DNA of 64,000 nucleotides. Source: Asterias rubens. Its lineage: Eukaryota. This document shows positions 21,805 to 36,231 of the stretch, in pieces (the first letter of the stretch is position 1; the number at the start of each line of letters is the position of its first letter). The notes beneath the pieces were generated by a model that did no database searches, had not been told where the DNA came from, and saw only the letters and a list, made by a program, of their open reading frames with translations. The stretch is taken from assembly GCF_902459465.1 (NCBI RefSeq), contig NC_047082.1:8122001-8186000 (forward strand), read 5' to 3'. The position numbers and the translations under genes are program-made.

Positions 21805-22757
21805 GCCTTGCACTAACACTTGTCTTGAATCGGGCAAGTTGGTTTATGTCTATATGAAAATCATTTGAAACCGTTTGTTATAAAATGCACAAGGTTAATA
21901 GAAAAATGTTTTACATGTAGAATATAGTGATCTTCACAATAATATGCTTGGAAATCGCGTGGTTTTTCTTTTACTTTGCTAACTAATAACACGATCGGCC
22001 ATGGAGTCAAAAACTTGATTCCACAATTTGGAGTGCCATGTTTAGTTCACGACGTATAAGGAAAACTCTCGTGCAATTTGAGGCATATTTGTGTGGATCA
22101 TTATATCTTACTTTTAATAAATCTTTATATTAACCATACGCATTAATTATCAAACGATTTTAAATGCTTTCCATAGACCAACTCGCCCGATCCAAGGCAT
22201 GCTGTCCCTTTAATCGAACGTTCTTTACAAACATTTTTGGTGCTAGTATAATCATGTGTAAAATATCTCATCAAATTAAATTTAAAATGTATCCTTAGAA
22301 ATGATTAATGACCCCTGCCAGAATCTTGTATTACTTTTATTGTTTTTGCTCTATTTCTGCTAAAACGTGAGGCCAATTAAATTACAACTTGTGCATTTTT
22401 GTTAATTTGTCTTGGTTTCACGAATATGTTGGGCAGGAGTTGCATTGCTCTGTTAGTGAAATAAAATCGTCCGGAAGTTAAACTTGTAACTTTAAATGCA
22501 GTACACGAAGCGTATTATGCAAACTTGTAGTAGGGACTTCATTCAGTTCGAACATCTGGATCAAGAGGTTGAGCTGAGTTGAATTGAAATTGATTAAAAA
22601 ACGCCATCGCAGCTGGAGTCCTATTGAGACAACAGCTAAAAGTACATTTAAAACATAAATAATTTTGATTGTCTAAGTAAATTTAGCTGTTATTTCTCCC
22701 TATAATTCCTTTTTATCTTTTTTTGATATAAATGGATATGTTTTTGTACTTGTTTAT

Positions 22758-22799
22758 GCCTCTGATGACGAGGGTTCGGTTTGGATCGCAAGCTTGGGC
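22758..22799 (+). ncRNA. Degenerate hammerhead-like motif with canonical CUGAUGA
   Basis: GCCT-CTGATGA-C-GA..TC-GCAA-GC-TT-GGGC; one core mismatch (A13 to C), self-complementary AGCU in place of stem III. Confidence 0.4.
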
Positions 22800-23253
22800 C
22801 GTCTTCCCTAACACTGTAAACAGTCTGCTATTAATTTCAGATAATGCATGTTGTTTTCACACAAAGATAAGTCCCAATGCACTGCACGCATGACGTACTT
22901 CCTGAACAAGAATCTACGCAAGGTGATTTGCCCATCCCAGCGGTCCTGGATGCTATTTTGCTTTCGTACCACTCGCTGGCCATCGCATACACGCATAATC
23001 GCATGTCCTGGATAGACCTGGCCGCTGGGGCCGAGCGAAACAGGACCATTTGGGTGTCGTAACTTTCGCTCGGCCCCAGCTGCCAGGGTTCAAGCAAGGC
23101 GCTGGGGACGAGCGAAGTCGTAACTCCACATCGAAGGAAGTAGAATGGTGGCGCTATTGATGTTGCCGTACACAGCGCTGGGCGTACGCTGGGCCTTTTC
23201 GAAACCATGGCTTCACTTGGGACTGGTTGTACATGCACACAAACGCAGACAAC

Positions 23254-23643
23254 TTAAAGGCAGTGGACACTATTGGTAATTACTCAAAATAATTATTGGC
23301 ATAAAACCTTTCTTGGTGACGAGTAATGGGGAGAGGGTTGATGGTTTACAATATTGTGAGAAACAGCTCCCTCTGAAGTGCCATAGTTTTCGAGACAGAA
23401 GTAATTTTCCACCAATTTGAATTCGAGACCTCAAATTTAGAACTTGAGGTCTCGAAGAAATCAACTATGTAAACGCACACAACTTCGTGTGACAAGGGTG
23501 TTTTTTCTTTCATTATTATCTCGCAACTTCAATGGCCGATTGAGCTCAAATTTTCACAGGTTTGTTATTTTATGCATATGTTGAGATACACCAACTGTGA
23601 AGGCTAGTCTTTGACAATTACCAATAGTGTCCACAGCCTTTAA
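23254..23643. mobile_element. Full-length TTAA-flanked MITE, family K1 (Kolobok-like)
   Basis: TTAA|AGGCAGTGGACACTATTGGTAATT ... AATTACCAATAGTGTCCACAGCCT|TTAA. TTAA target with purine-purine termini fits Kolobok better than piggyBac. Confidence 0.85.
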
Positions 23644-26600
23644 GCTGCACTGATTAGGTTCACTGATGAGGTATCCTTGGTTTCAGTTCCAGAAATGTAA
23701 AACAATATTAATAGGTGTTTTTGAATATTTGCAGCAGGCTATGTTTGCTAACGTGAAAATGGTGTACGCATTGTTTACTTTCTATTTAGAAGTAATCATG
23801 TGCATGCTTATAATGTGGACACTTTGGTCTTTACTTAAAATAGTTTAAAGCATAAAAACTTACTTGGCAACAAGCAATGGATAGCTGTTGGAAACACTGC
23901 TGTGAGACACGGCTCCCACTCAAAGTAATGTTGTTTTGCGAAAGAGGTGAATCTCTTACTCAATTATTAAAATACGTATTTTAAAAGACGTCTTTTTAGT
24001 CATATGAAAGCACATAATGCGCATCAAGGGTGTTTTTTGTTTCATTATTCTCTTGCAACTTCGATGACCAATTGAGACAACATTTTCACAGGTTCGTTAT
24101 TGTATACCTATGTTGGGATAGACTAAGTGAGAATACTGGTCTTTGGCAATTAACAACGGGTTCCCAATGCTTCATACCTTGCAGCTGAAATATGGCTACA
24201 CTACCGTGCCTGCATCGTATAGGCCTACCGTGTGGGTTATATACTACACGACAGTTCACTCTGAGCACACTTTTTTTGCTCTCACCATAGAGAAACATAT
24301 CAACTCTTGTTCTCGCATATGGAGTCTAGACATGGTGTCTACGATTAGTGTATACATGGTTTATACTGGTACACTAACCAAATACAAGCCCATCCATCCA
24401 TCTTTCATTTTAGCACAAATTGCGGACTTGGCTAGAATTTACGATCGTACTCGGCCTTAGGCAAAAGTCTCCAAGGCGGTAATAATGCTGAGAGGCTGCT
24501 GCCTTGGATCTTGGAGTTGACCAGAGTTCGTGAGGAGTGGATGATGTGAACGCCCGGAGGCTACGTCTATTGTCAACACCTCATGAAACGTGCATGACAT
24601 TATTTTGGCGATAATCCATCTTGGACGCGTCAGTTGCAGCGTGATTAGAATTGAAATAGCGCCACCAGTTGACGACTATTGCACAAAAGAAGTCTTGTGT
24701 GGGTACATCCGCATGCAATTTTTTTTCATTTGAAAATTGCTACTGTCGACACTTCGTAGTGCTTTCAATGTTGAAATTCTAAATCGGTTCTAAAAAGGGG
24801 GAAAGTCAGGCAAATATTTGAGGATGGTAACTCTAAACTACAGACAATTATTGATGTCACCTGCATTGTAAACGGATCATACGCCCAGTCTCAACATAAT
24901 CATTATTTTGCATACCCTTGATCTATTTCTAAGCAGCTAGCTAAGATTCGAATGAGGGTTATATGTTTCGAAGAAATCTGTCGAAATGTGGTCCATCACT
25001 GTGCTCTGGGGTCTTACTACTACTTGTCTTTAAAAACTGCAGGGTTCATCCATTTGCTTAAGATGAAATTTGTACAGCTAACCTACCAAACAGGAGTTAG
25101 GTTTGTTTTGCCAAAAGAGGCGGAGAAACTTTCACAAGTAATTTATTTTTTATTCATTTTAGCATGTTTTATTTTATTTTTGTTAATATTAAAAATGTTG
25201 CAACACTCTAGTGTGGTGCAGCATTGTACTGCGACTTGGCTTCAACTAAATGCGATAAGATGAACAAAGTGTTACACTACAGTAGGAAGGAGGCCGAGAA
25301 GGATGCGTCAAGTTCTTATGAGCCGTGTGAGCCGTCTTAGATATCCCCTTCCTCCATCTTAAGAATTTGAGTAATACTTTGAAATTAACAGAGACATGAG
25401 AATAATTCTACATTCGTCCATGTTTCGTCTGGCCACGCCACCCCAGTGTATAGTTACTACCTACTCCAATGTCTGGTTAATGACCCGCTTAGATATCCAT
25501 ACGATCAACAGATGTTCTTGTCTTTCGGACACATTGCTCATTAGCGAGAAGGGGGGGGGGGAGAAAAATCATTAGAGTCAACAAAAGGTTACGTCATCAT
25601 TCGTCAACACTTAGGGTTCGGTAGGCGTGGGACTGCCAGTAGGATACAAGTCGTCTCTTTGTGCACGTGGGGTTCCCACGCATATCACTTTCCAGTGTTT
25701 TAAGCTTGCTGCATGGAACTGCATGGGATTAAAACTTAATTAAAAATCTTTGCGTCACATTTAGAACAGATAACGTATAGGGTCTAACCGAGGCATAGAA
25801 TCGATTTGTCGTAATATCGTACTCGGAGTAAATATCACAAGATGCAACGTGTATCTCAACATATTGCATAAAATTTGGACCCAATTGGTCGTCGAAGTTG
25901 CAAGAGAACAATAAAAGAAAAACACCTTTGGCCAGCAAGTTGATGAAACCATAATTTCAGAGCGAAATATTAGTACTCCACTATGAACTTCATTATCAGT
26001 AAGCTTTCATACTATACATACTGATTAATTGATTGCTAATTTCTTTAGTGAAGCGCCTCGGAACATTTGTGTTGGGCGCTGCATATATAAAAGTACAGTT
26101 TATTCAAATTTGTACTGTTTCTCTCCCCCCCCACCCCCTCAATCCAGTATAATACCTTACCAATACTTTACATTCATAATACTTTAATAATATGCCAGCG
26201 TACTCATGGTCATGCTATACGCTTGGGTTAAATTGTTCATCTTGCTAATTGCCAGTCAGGCTTTCTCAACATACAACACCTGCTCGTTACACTCATTGCA
26301 GACAGGTAGAGTTATTTAGTTATCACAGAAGGATGATTAGGAACAATGGTAGGTGAGACCACGGGACAAACTGCAAGGATCATCAAGGTTAAGCATTCCT
26401 TTTGGATGCGTACCTTCTCATCTTTCACGATACTAAAACCGAAGTTTATATCGACACAGATGTATGAGCAAGTTGAAAACGCATGTGCAAAGTCACGTGC
26501 CAACGCACAAGACAATGGCGCTTTCATAAAGCTGCTTGACAACAAATTCCTCCTTCATTTTCATAGCAGAAATAAGCAGGATACCAGTCAGAAATGGTAC

Positions 26601-27332
26601 ATGTGACATGTTTCTTTGGCTGGTAACCTTACAATGGTAAGCATAGTTATGTTGTGCTTAGCCTTGTCCGCAGCTCTATATGAAATTGAGGTTTTCTTTT
26701 GAGCTCCACTTTTTCTATGAGAATTTTGTACAAATTGTGTTCCTGGAAATATGTTTCTTAACGTTTTGTTTATTATTTTAATCAATAGACATTCTTTGTC
26801 ATTAGCACAATGGATTCTTTGGTGGCTTTAGAACTTGACAATAATATGGCAGGTGTCAGGTCGTAGTTAGTGACCGGACGTGACTATTTAATACGAGTGT
26901 GTTGGAAACCAACTGCCCGACTGAGAAGGAGGGCCCACGGGGGACACTCTGACACTGACAGGCCGTAGAGTCTGAGATGGTTCGCGTTTATAGCAAGCAG
27001 CTGGTAGGGAACCCACGGTTTGGATCAAAGTCATCATTGAGTTTTAAAAAGAAAGTCCACGCCTGGAATTTTTTTTTTTTTTTTTACCAAGAATTCGACA
27101 TTGGGGTATTTAAAAAAAAAAGGATGAGTCAAGTCTGTTTATTGAGCCCCCGAAACTCTCGGCACCTGTGGATTAAATTTTGAAGGTTGAATTGTAAAGC
27201 TAAATTGTATATGGAACCTTCAATGACGATGAAAGAAGGAGGACCGCTTCACTTGCCTGTGTTTGGCCGTGGTCAGGACATGGCCTTGCTCGGACCAGCG
27301 CCCAATTATATACAGGCTGTTAAAGGCACTGC

Positions 27333-27582
27333 TGGGATGGATTTCACGAAGAGTTAGGACTAGTCTTATCTCGAGTTAGGACCAGTTACTCGTCCTAACT
27401 TAGGACTATCCATGCAATTTGTATATACTCTCTGGGAGTATTTACTCTCCGCTTCCGCACGACAAGTGCACACACCGATTGGGGACCCCAAACACGTACG
27501 TGTGGCCATTTGGTTAGTCCTAAGTTAGGACATGGAGGAAGAAATTAGGACTAGTCCTAACTCTTTGTGAAACCGACCCCTG
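27333..27582. mobile_element. MITE with GATTTCACRAAGAGTT termini
   Basis: ATTTCACGAAGAGTTAGGACTAG ... CTAGTCCTAACTCTTTGTGAAAC; related to 51489. Confidence 0.7.
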
Positions 27583-29411
27583 GACACCTTTTGTAAATGT
27601 CTAATACCATTCTTCTCGGTGTATCTCAACCTCTATGATCTCAACATAGGCATAAAATAAATAAGAAGTTACAAACCTGAGAAACTTTGGACTAAATTCG
27701 GTCGTCGAAGTTGCGAGAGAATAATGGAAGAAAAAACACCATTGTCACACAAGCTGCGTGCTTTCATATAATAATGGAAATTTATATAGCGCCTATCCAT
27801 GTAAATATGCTCCTGGGCTCTGAACAATTTAAAAGAAAACATAATTAAAATCCATACAATTAAAACACCCAAGAGAAAATACAGTTAACATGTAATAAAT
27901 GCAGAATTTGTACACAACAATCAATGATTACCAAACACTGAGAATAAACCCCAGTTAAAAAACTGGAATTGCTACAGAGAATACAAAAAATATATGTACA
28001 TTGAATTCGATACCTCAGCTGATGAAATAAACAATAAGGTCCTCTGAAGAAAGAAAAAAAAAACAAGAGATAATTACCCTCGTATATTTTTTACATCAGT
28101 TCTTTTGATAACCCTACCTACCTCCATTACTGAAACAATTTGTAATTAAAAATAAAAGTGTTGTTAATTTTTCAGCAAACGTACTGTTAAGTTTGATAAT
28201 TACAAGTGTACCTCCCACGTGTATCACTAACCCTCACAAAGTACAAAACGTAATAAAAGGACCAACGAATACCTATTAAAGCATTTAACATCTCATACGT
28301 ATGCATAATACAATTACTAAGTAAGAAGGACCGACGAAAAAGCAGCAGAAAGACAATTGGGATAATTAATTATTAATTTTGCAGATTAACTTTACCAATT
28401 ATTACTGTGCGGGCGTGTGGCTCTGTTAATAAAGTCAGACTCAATAGCAATGCTCTCGAGAGATGCAATTATACCTGTTTTTTTTTTCAAAACAACAACA
28501 GCAACAAAAGCAACAACACCATGTTGAATTTTCAGACCCACAGAAGTGAAAATAACTTCGAGTATATAAATGTGAAAAACAATAAGTTTTTGACTTGTAC
28601 AAACTTTGCACGTAGGGTATATGCTTGGCATAAATAAAGCGATAACAAACCCTATGGAAGACAACTGTTTAAATATTTCTCAGCTCGTTGTGGTTTTTAT
28701 AACTGAATAAATAAATAAACGTATTTTTTATTACGTGGATCCTGAGTAACATAATTCGAAGTTTGTGGTTCGAAACCCCTATTACGATTAATGTAACCGC
28801 CGCTACCATGATATAAGTAAACCTTCGCTGTGTTGTGTTATTGAACCCCAAAACAGGGTGAATTTTAACCTGAAGTTATGAAAGTGAAACATAAAACATT
28901 GCTTATTAAAAAAAATAAAATAAAAAAAACTTCAGCCTCTGTGGTCTCCTCTGCCACTGGATCGCTCTATGTCCTTCCTCCACGGTCTATATCTAACCAT
29001 GGAGGAATGTGTTCTTATTCCTCCATGATCTAACCATTGAGAAAGGACCATAGACCATGGAGGTATACTCAGGACTGTATGATTTGTTTTTAGAAAGGGC
29101 AAATGCACCAAAAGTGCACCTGTTGAGGAATTTTTCATGGAGCATTTCAAGGGCACCAAGGCAATCGCCTCCCTTGCCTCCGTAACAGGCCTGTAGACTC
29201 TAGCTTCGTAGCCCAACAAGCTGTCCACTCTAGACGTGATCGCTTTTGGTGTAATCGGCCCACCTCTCAACGTTTATCTGCTTGCCAAAGGGCCCCTATT
29301 GTTGCTCAAACTACCCTTGTAATACCCATTGTTGTGGTCGCTCTAACTCCACACACGTGTGCTTGGTGAGTCCATGTACTACACTCGCCCCTATTCAGCC
29401 TACCTGGGCCC

Positions 29412-29427
29412 GGCGCCGGCTTGTCTG
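29412..29427 (+). promoter_or_regulatory. Bipartite BMP-Smad element GGCGCC-N5-GTCTG
   Basis: GGCGCC GGCTT GTCTG; exact match to the GRCGNC(N5)GTCT Smad1/Smad4/Schnurri consensus. Confidence 0.6.
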
Positions 29428-31633
29428 GCCCGTTGAATGGGCTGACTGGACGAGTGTGCATACCGATAGCAGTGTTTACAAACACGTGGGAAGAGATCTC
29501 TGTTTGGTGGGACCGCTTCTATTTTAGGATGGTATCAACTTTGTACGTGATTGTGTGTGTGTGTGTGGATGAGTGCACCATGTTGTATGTACTGTGTTCT
29601 GGAAGCTGTCATGGCCAGAGCTACAGAGCAAGAACCTTTGACCATGAAGGTAGAAAATAAATTATCTCCACGCTTGGATGCCAAAAACTTAATAGCACCA
29701 AAATGAAAAACAACAAACAAACATAAAACAAAATAGACTTGCCTAATCTGGAATGTCATAACGTGCAATCGGTGCCAATAATAGCGTTATCATAACTGAT
29801 AATCTTTGAAGTGTATACAGAAGACGGATTTTTCAGACGCACAACACAAAATGTGCCAATACTTCGAAAAATGTGGCACTGTAGAAAATTGAATACAGTG
29901 AACATCCCAAGTAAAATGCAATAAAATGCATCTGTACAAAAATGTAGATACGCTAGTTGATAAGTAAGTATTGTGACAATTGGGTAGAAAATGGCTGCCT
30001 CTCCGTTTTTTCTAGTTCACCCACGATTTTATGTCCTCTCCCGATCGTGAGGATTCTAAACTTCGTTTTTGGATTTGGAGTCAAAAGGTTTGATTGTTTT
30101 TCTCGTTAACTGACTAAACAGATTACATCAAAGTACGCTCTGCATGTGACGCAGCACATCCAGACCCGATGCACCTGTTAACATCTTTGCAGGAGAGAAA
30201 ATTGAAAAAGACAAATTTTGTCTTGACCTTCGAACATCTAATAATAGGCAAAAAAGCGGTTTTTCTGTTTTTATTTTGCATGTGAGTTTTGTCCGTGTTT
30301 TTAATGGCTCTATGTACGTTCTCTTCCTTTGGATATAGTTAATGTGTTGTCATTTAGCCATCGAGAAAGTCTCTGTTAGTGTTAATCGCCACTTGGATTA
30401 CATATGCGGCCAAGAACAAAGTGGACCCTATAATTTATTTGGTCCAAGGATGAGGACCATGGTTGGATTTGCTCCATTCCTTCCTCCATGGTAGGACCAC
30501 AGAGAAAGGTAGAGAAAGGTCCTTTCTGGTTGGACGCACGTTTATAGCACTGTTCACCCCACCGACATCAAAGCTCAATCGATCCCTTACGAAAGGTTTT
30601 ATAAATGCCGGAGATGCACCTGCGTTGAATTCAGAAACACTCATTGAAAAAAAAAAACAGGGAAAAACGACACCTCATTGTGTCCAGAAATTAGGAAACT
30701 TTCGCAGAAATGTGTTGACTAGGGGGATCAGCGGCGATGACTAACATAATAATTTCCATTGTTCAGAAAAAAAAAAGAGGAACTTAAAAAAAGGAGAGAG
30801 AATAGCTTTTTAAAGTTTCGGCACTAGCCCAGCTGCGACCGTGACCGTGCCAATATTTCTGTATGGACATGTTTACCATAAGCCGTTTGTTGACACTTTA
30901 TGATCTTGGTGTGTTGTGTGCGGTTGTTGGTGGCATTGTTGATTTTTAGAAGTGGAATACCCGTATCATTTTACGTTCGTACAAGTGTGCAGGTGTGCTG
31001 CGCTATTGTTCCCAAATTGATCAGACTGAGGGAAACCGACGACTGTTTTATGTGCCACTTCAAGATCCCTCGGGTTAAAAAAAGAGTAAAATGTTTGTTT
31101 GAACCTGAAACAGACAAACAGAACAGAGAGGCATACTTACGTCACACACCCGCATACCATGGAGGAAACCTCCATGCACACACTTAAAACATTTACCAAT
31201 GAGCTTAAACATTTAATACCATACTTAAGAATACGATCAGGGCAAAATATTTGTTTACCACTAGATATTAAATATGTATCAACTCATAATTGAATCGCAA
31301 CCTGAAGCATTTTGCTAAAGCAAACCAAATTATACTTATGCATGCAATAGCAATCGAGAAGTCCGAAATGCCCATGCGCAAAAGAATTAGCAAGCCCAGC
31401 GGCCAGAAACGTACAAAGACCGATCATAAATGTGAGAAACTGGTATTTCACTGTCTGCTTTGATGTTCCCGACTCAACCGGGTTATCTTCGATCAAACAT
31501 GTAAAATAAATACGACTAAATATTATTTGGAATTCAGTTAGCAAAGTATGGAATGGATAGAGGCACTAGTTGAAACATATCACTTGATGATACCACTGCT
31601 GGCCTGAGCTCACGGAGGCCTCCATGTTCCCAT

Positions 31634-31873
31634 GGCCCATCTTCATAGAGCTGCTTAAGCACAAAATGTTGCTTAAGCAAAAAAAAACTTGCTTAGTAAA
31701 ATCAGATGACCGTCCAAAACTCCACTCAATTGTTATGCTAAGTAAACAACAGCTAAATACCAGTCACAAGCAATGTATATTGCATGAAATTTTGGCCCGT
31801 AACACTAAAACAAGCGAGCTATTTTCGTGCTTAAGCAAATTTTTTGCTGAAGCAGCTCTATGAAATTGGCCCC
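31634..31873. mobile_element. PIF/Harbinger-like MITE; fragment also at about 10645-10705
   Basis: GGCCCATCTTCATAGAGCTGCTTAAGCA ... TGCTGAAGCAGCTCTATGAAATTGGCCC. Superfamily is inferred from the GGGCC-type termini. Confidence 0.7.
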
Positions 31874-32375
31874 TGCCTCCCCGCCCTTGAAGTGCTCCGG
31901 TAAAAGTTTACAATTTACTCATAGGGTGCCCCTTCCAAGGAGAAAATGTCTTGGTGCCCTTGCCCTTTCCAAAAAGAAGCAAACATACCTGAACTACGCC
32001 GAGAGAGGAGTTTAACCGCCAAAAGACTGGAAACTCATCGGGAGGACATAATTTGTAAGAAACGGCTCGTAGAATATGTTGAAAATCAACCCTTTTTTTA
32101 ACAGCAACTAAAGTGCTCGAAACGTCGAGTTAAACCAACGGTTCTTTTCAGAACCACCCCAACTCATAGTCATTACATGGTGTTACCGCAAACTCTTCTA
32201 TAACTAAAGTGCTAAAAAAAAATTTTTTTTTAATACATTTCCCGCAGGCCTTACGACACTAGAAGTTTCCCATGAGCGATTTGCTTTAATTTATGGGTAT
32301 GTCTGGACAGAAAACACAGACGTCTTTTATAAAAAAAGACAAAAATAAAGCAGAAAAATGTTAATGACTAAATTA

Positions 32376-32420
32376 GCCTTCGATGAAGACTCTTCTAGGG
32401 CCGGGGTCGAAACGTCAGGC
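32376..32420 (+). mobile_element. Hammerhead-like motif, same family as 10185
   Basis: GCCT-TCGATGA-A-GACTC..GGGTC-GAAACGTC-AGGC. The downstream flank resembles those of the 42.8 kb and 10.1 kb copies. Confidence 0.6.
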
Positions 32421-34723
32421 CACTAACGACTTGTTTGTTTGTTTGGTAAACAGTTTGCAACAGCCAATTCTGTTTCTCAAAAAAAAAAAAAAAAAAGGAT
32501 GTGCAATATTCACCTGTTTGGTAAATTTATTTTGAATATTCAAATTGATATTTGCATGTGAGGATTTTCATTTTACATGCACTAGTAAGTTCCCATGTAC
32601 AGAGTTGCTGGTATGGTGGTCGCAACCCAACCAGCCTGACAATAGAGCAGTGTTGATAGCGATGTTATTACACGCTATATACAATCACTTGACAAGTTCC
32701 CAATGGCGGTCAAGGACCCTAAAATTGAATACGTTTGGTTTGAACACCTGGCTGCGAACGTGATCAACAGAGTATTTCCTCTACCTCTGTTGAGGACGTT
32801 CGCGTCAAGCATTGCGGAAATGTCATTCTTTTGTAGATGATGATGAATGCATTAGGAATGATAGGTGTATTAAAGGCCCTACACATATTTGGTATAATTG
32901 TCAAAGACCAGTAGTCTCACTTGGGGTATCTCAACCTATGCATAAAATAACAAACCTGTGAACATTTTGGACTCATTTGGTCATCGAAGTTGCAAGAGAA
33001 TAACTAAATAAAAAAAAACACGCTTGCGGTACAAATTATGTGTGTGCTTCCAGATGCCTTATATTACAAAAAAGCTTCAAGCCTGAAGTCTTTTATTTTA
33101 AGTTAGGTATTGCACCTTTCTCAAAAAAAAAACCCTACGTTACTTAATGAGACTGAGCCGTTTCTCTGTTTTATACTACCAACATCTCTCCATTACTCTG
33201 CAATACTCGTAACTTATACAATCAGTTTTAGTAATTACCGGTGTCAATTGCCTTGTACGATGTACCAAATTGCTGACCAACCAAAAGGACATGCTATAAA
33301 CAAAATAAGAGGGTAAATGTCCTGACGATGACCTTCGACCCGTAGTCTTTTTCGAAGAGCGATTTTATTTTCTATAAACAACCATCAGAGATAGAGATCA
33401 TACTTTGAGTTGCAGGAAAGAAGTCAGACACTACGTTTATGGCAGGAGTTATGTTCCATCTCAATGGTGTATTTTTGTTCGCAGCCGACACATGGCAAAG
33501 TTCAGTCAGATATGAAGTGCATTCACCGCATTTAAACTAAAACAAAACGAGAACGAAAAGAAATACTCATCTCGTTCGTCGCTAAAACACCATGTTCTTG
33601 TTTTGTCCAATTTGTTTGCAAGAAGTCGGCAAACACTGTTATTTAGCCTTATTGCTAAGAGTTCAAGAGTGTTCGTTTTGTAGTGAAATTGAGGTTGTTT
33701 GTTTAAAAAGGGGAACACATAACACTCATTTTAGAGGGAACAACTATAAAATCATCGAGTGTCATTGTTGAAAAACAACACCTGCACTGCAAGTGATTGT
33801 TAGATATTTAGTATTTAAAGTATCTATTGTTTGATTCATCTGTTCAGGAACACTAAACAAAACTGCAAAAAACTCAATCAATCATTCACCATCTTATAAT
33901 AGAGGCCAAGGTCACTGGGATTGAATGTATCGATGGACTATACATGTAGAGAGGTGGCAATGTGTGACAACAGCTTTGCACCCCAAACGGCAGCTGTCAG
34001 TTATGTATACCAAATTGTTTATTCTTATACACTTTTGATTTTTTTTTTTTTTTTTTTGGGGGGGGGGGGTGGGATGGAAGAAAAATGACGTTGCAATAAA
34101 CACTCTCCCCGGATGTAGAAATCATCAAGTCTAATTGGAATATAATTGACACAGGCGTTCATATTGACGGAAACACACTACATAGACCAGTTTTACGCCA
34201 CGATGAAAACTAGACATTCCTTCATAAACTTTCATCACCTGCAAATAATAATGGCATGTCGTTCTAGCGTTAACAGTTGAATACTTACGTTGTCCTTACT
34301 GCGAGATAGATTTATAACTCCACACTGACTGTTAACATAAAACTCTACTTATTTCGGTTTGGTTATTTATCTCCAACAGTCAGCATGATGCTGGGTGAAA
34401 TTTTAACGATCTCAAAATGACAACCACAGTGAAACTTTGGAATAATAATTATAAAAAAAGCCTCTTAGCGTATAAAGAGAACAATTAAATATACAATGAG
34501 AGAAAGATACAAGGTACAAATAAGCATATTACAAAAAACAGCTTTATTAAATAAATAAGTTTTAAACAGAGACTTAAAACATTGTAAAGAATCAACTCAG
34601 TTTCAAAATAGCTCTTAACTATTTACGTTAATATGAGAAATTATTTCCGCAGAAACTTTACCACTGCATAATATCAAAGATATCAACCATTATTTACTCC
34701 ATCCTACCTACCACAACATTGTT

Positions 34724-35092
34724 TTAAAGCCATTGGACCCTTTCGGTAAACAGTGTTGTCCAAGGCCCACACTTTGTGTACCACAACTTCTATATCAAAT
34801 AACAAACCTGTGAAAATTAGGCTCAATCGGTCATCGGAGTCGGGAGAAAACAACGGAAAAACCCACCCTTGTTTCCGCGCGTTTCGCCGTGTCATGACAT
34901 GTGTTTAAAATAAATCCGTAATTCTCGTTAACGAGAATTTATATTGTTTTGCTGTTTTCTCAAAAAGTAAAGCATTTCATGGAATAATATTTCAAGAGAA
35001 GTCTTTCACCATTGCCTTCTGTAAACCCTGTAAGTTATTTGTAAATCTGTAAACTTTTTTTTTTCTGAACCGAAAGGGTCCAATGGCTTTAA
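34724..35092. mobile_element. TTAA-flanked MITE, family K3
   Basis: TTAAAGCCATTGGACCCTTTCGGT ... ACCGAAAGGGTCCAATGGCTTTAA; about 20 bp of perfect TIR. Confidence 0.85.
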
Positions 35093-35873
35093 AGAACCCT
35101 TGGTCAACAAACTCTAAACTTAGAAGCAGTAGGCCTTAATACACGCAAAATCGTTCTAGCTGTACATGTTGTATTACCAGCAGATTATTTCAAGTATAAT
35201 ATGTTCATCTTGGTTCTAGCTTGATTTCAACATGGAGGAATTCCTCCACAATTTCACAAAGCACTAAGATGAGTATGAGTTGAGAATATTACCACTAGTG
35301 ATTTGTATTGTGACGTCACATGTTGCCTATAGTAAAGATAGAGTTGCTCTTCAGACGAATCTTGGTTTTTTGTGAATTCGTGCACAGAATGTAGCTTTAG
35401 TGTTTTATTATCTGTGTAACTTACTTTGGCCTTGCTGGTCGATGTGAAAATCCCCATAAATACGGTTTTCATCGACATGAAAACACAATCTATTAATATT
35501 AGGGATAATAGGCAATGCTGACAAAAACAAGGCTGATACCGGGACCCAGATCTTGGGAGATACATGTACAAGGAAATGTGGGAATTTCACCCTTTCGATA
35601 ACCCCTGGAGTTCATATAGATTCCAGTGAAGCTTCTTAGAACAGTGTCCTCGGTGCTAGAGAAGTAGATCACTACGTTTTTACGTTGGAGAAATATACAA
35701 CAATTTATACTACCAGGTAGACTTTGAAAAGTCTGAATTCAGATAGAAGTCTGAAAGAATATCACCCCTGTTCATGATCGCAATAAAAACGACGACAACA
35801 TCAACAGCTATTTGTGTACTACTATTAACGGTCCCATTATCATGACATACTTGAATACTTTTCAATCAACTTT

Positions 35874-36231
35874 GGCCTAGTAAAAAAAGAAACATGTTTA
35901 ACGTCCCCGCCCGCTTCCTTTTTACAGGCCGCCTCCTTTTTTTATTACTTTTTATTTTAATGCACATTTTTTAAAGTTTTTTTTTTTTTTAAATAGGGTT
36001 AGTTTAAATGATCTCAGCAAAAACAATCTGAATGTCTTGTCTGAATGCCTCGACTAAATTGTTTCATTTATGTTTTGTGTATTTCAGCAGTAGAAAAAAC
36101 AATTGATATTTGACATTTAAACAAAGAATGGCGGCCATCTTGAAATAAAGAATACAAAATAAAAAGCCCCTCTTCCTCCTTTTTTTGAAAAACCCGGACG
36201 TGAAACATGTTTTTTTTGTTTTTACTCGGCC
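35874..36231. mobile_element. MITE with GGCCNAGTAAAAA termini
   Basis: GGCCTAGTAAAAAAAGAAACATGTTT ... AAACATGTTTTTTTTGTTTTTACTCGGCC. Confidence 0.7.
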
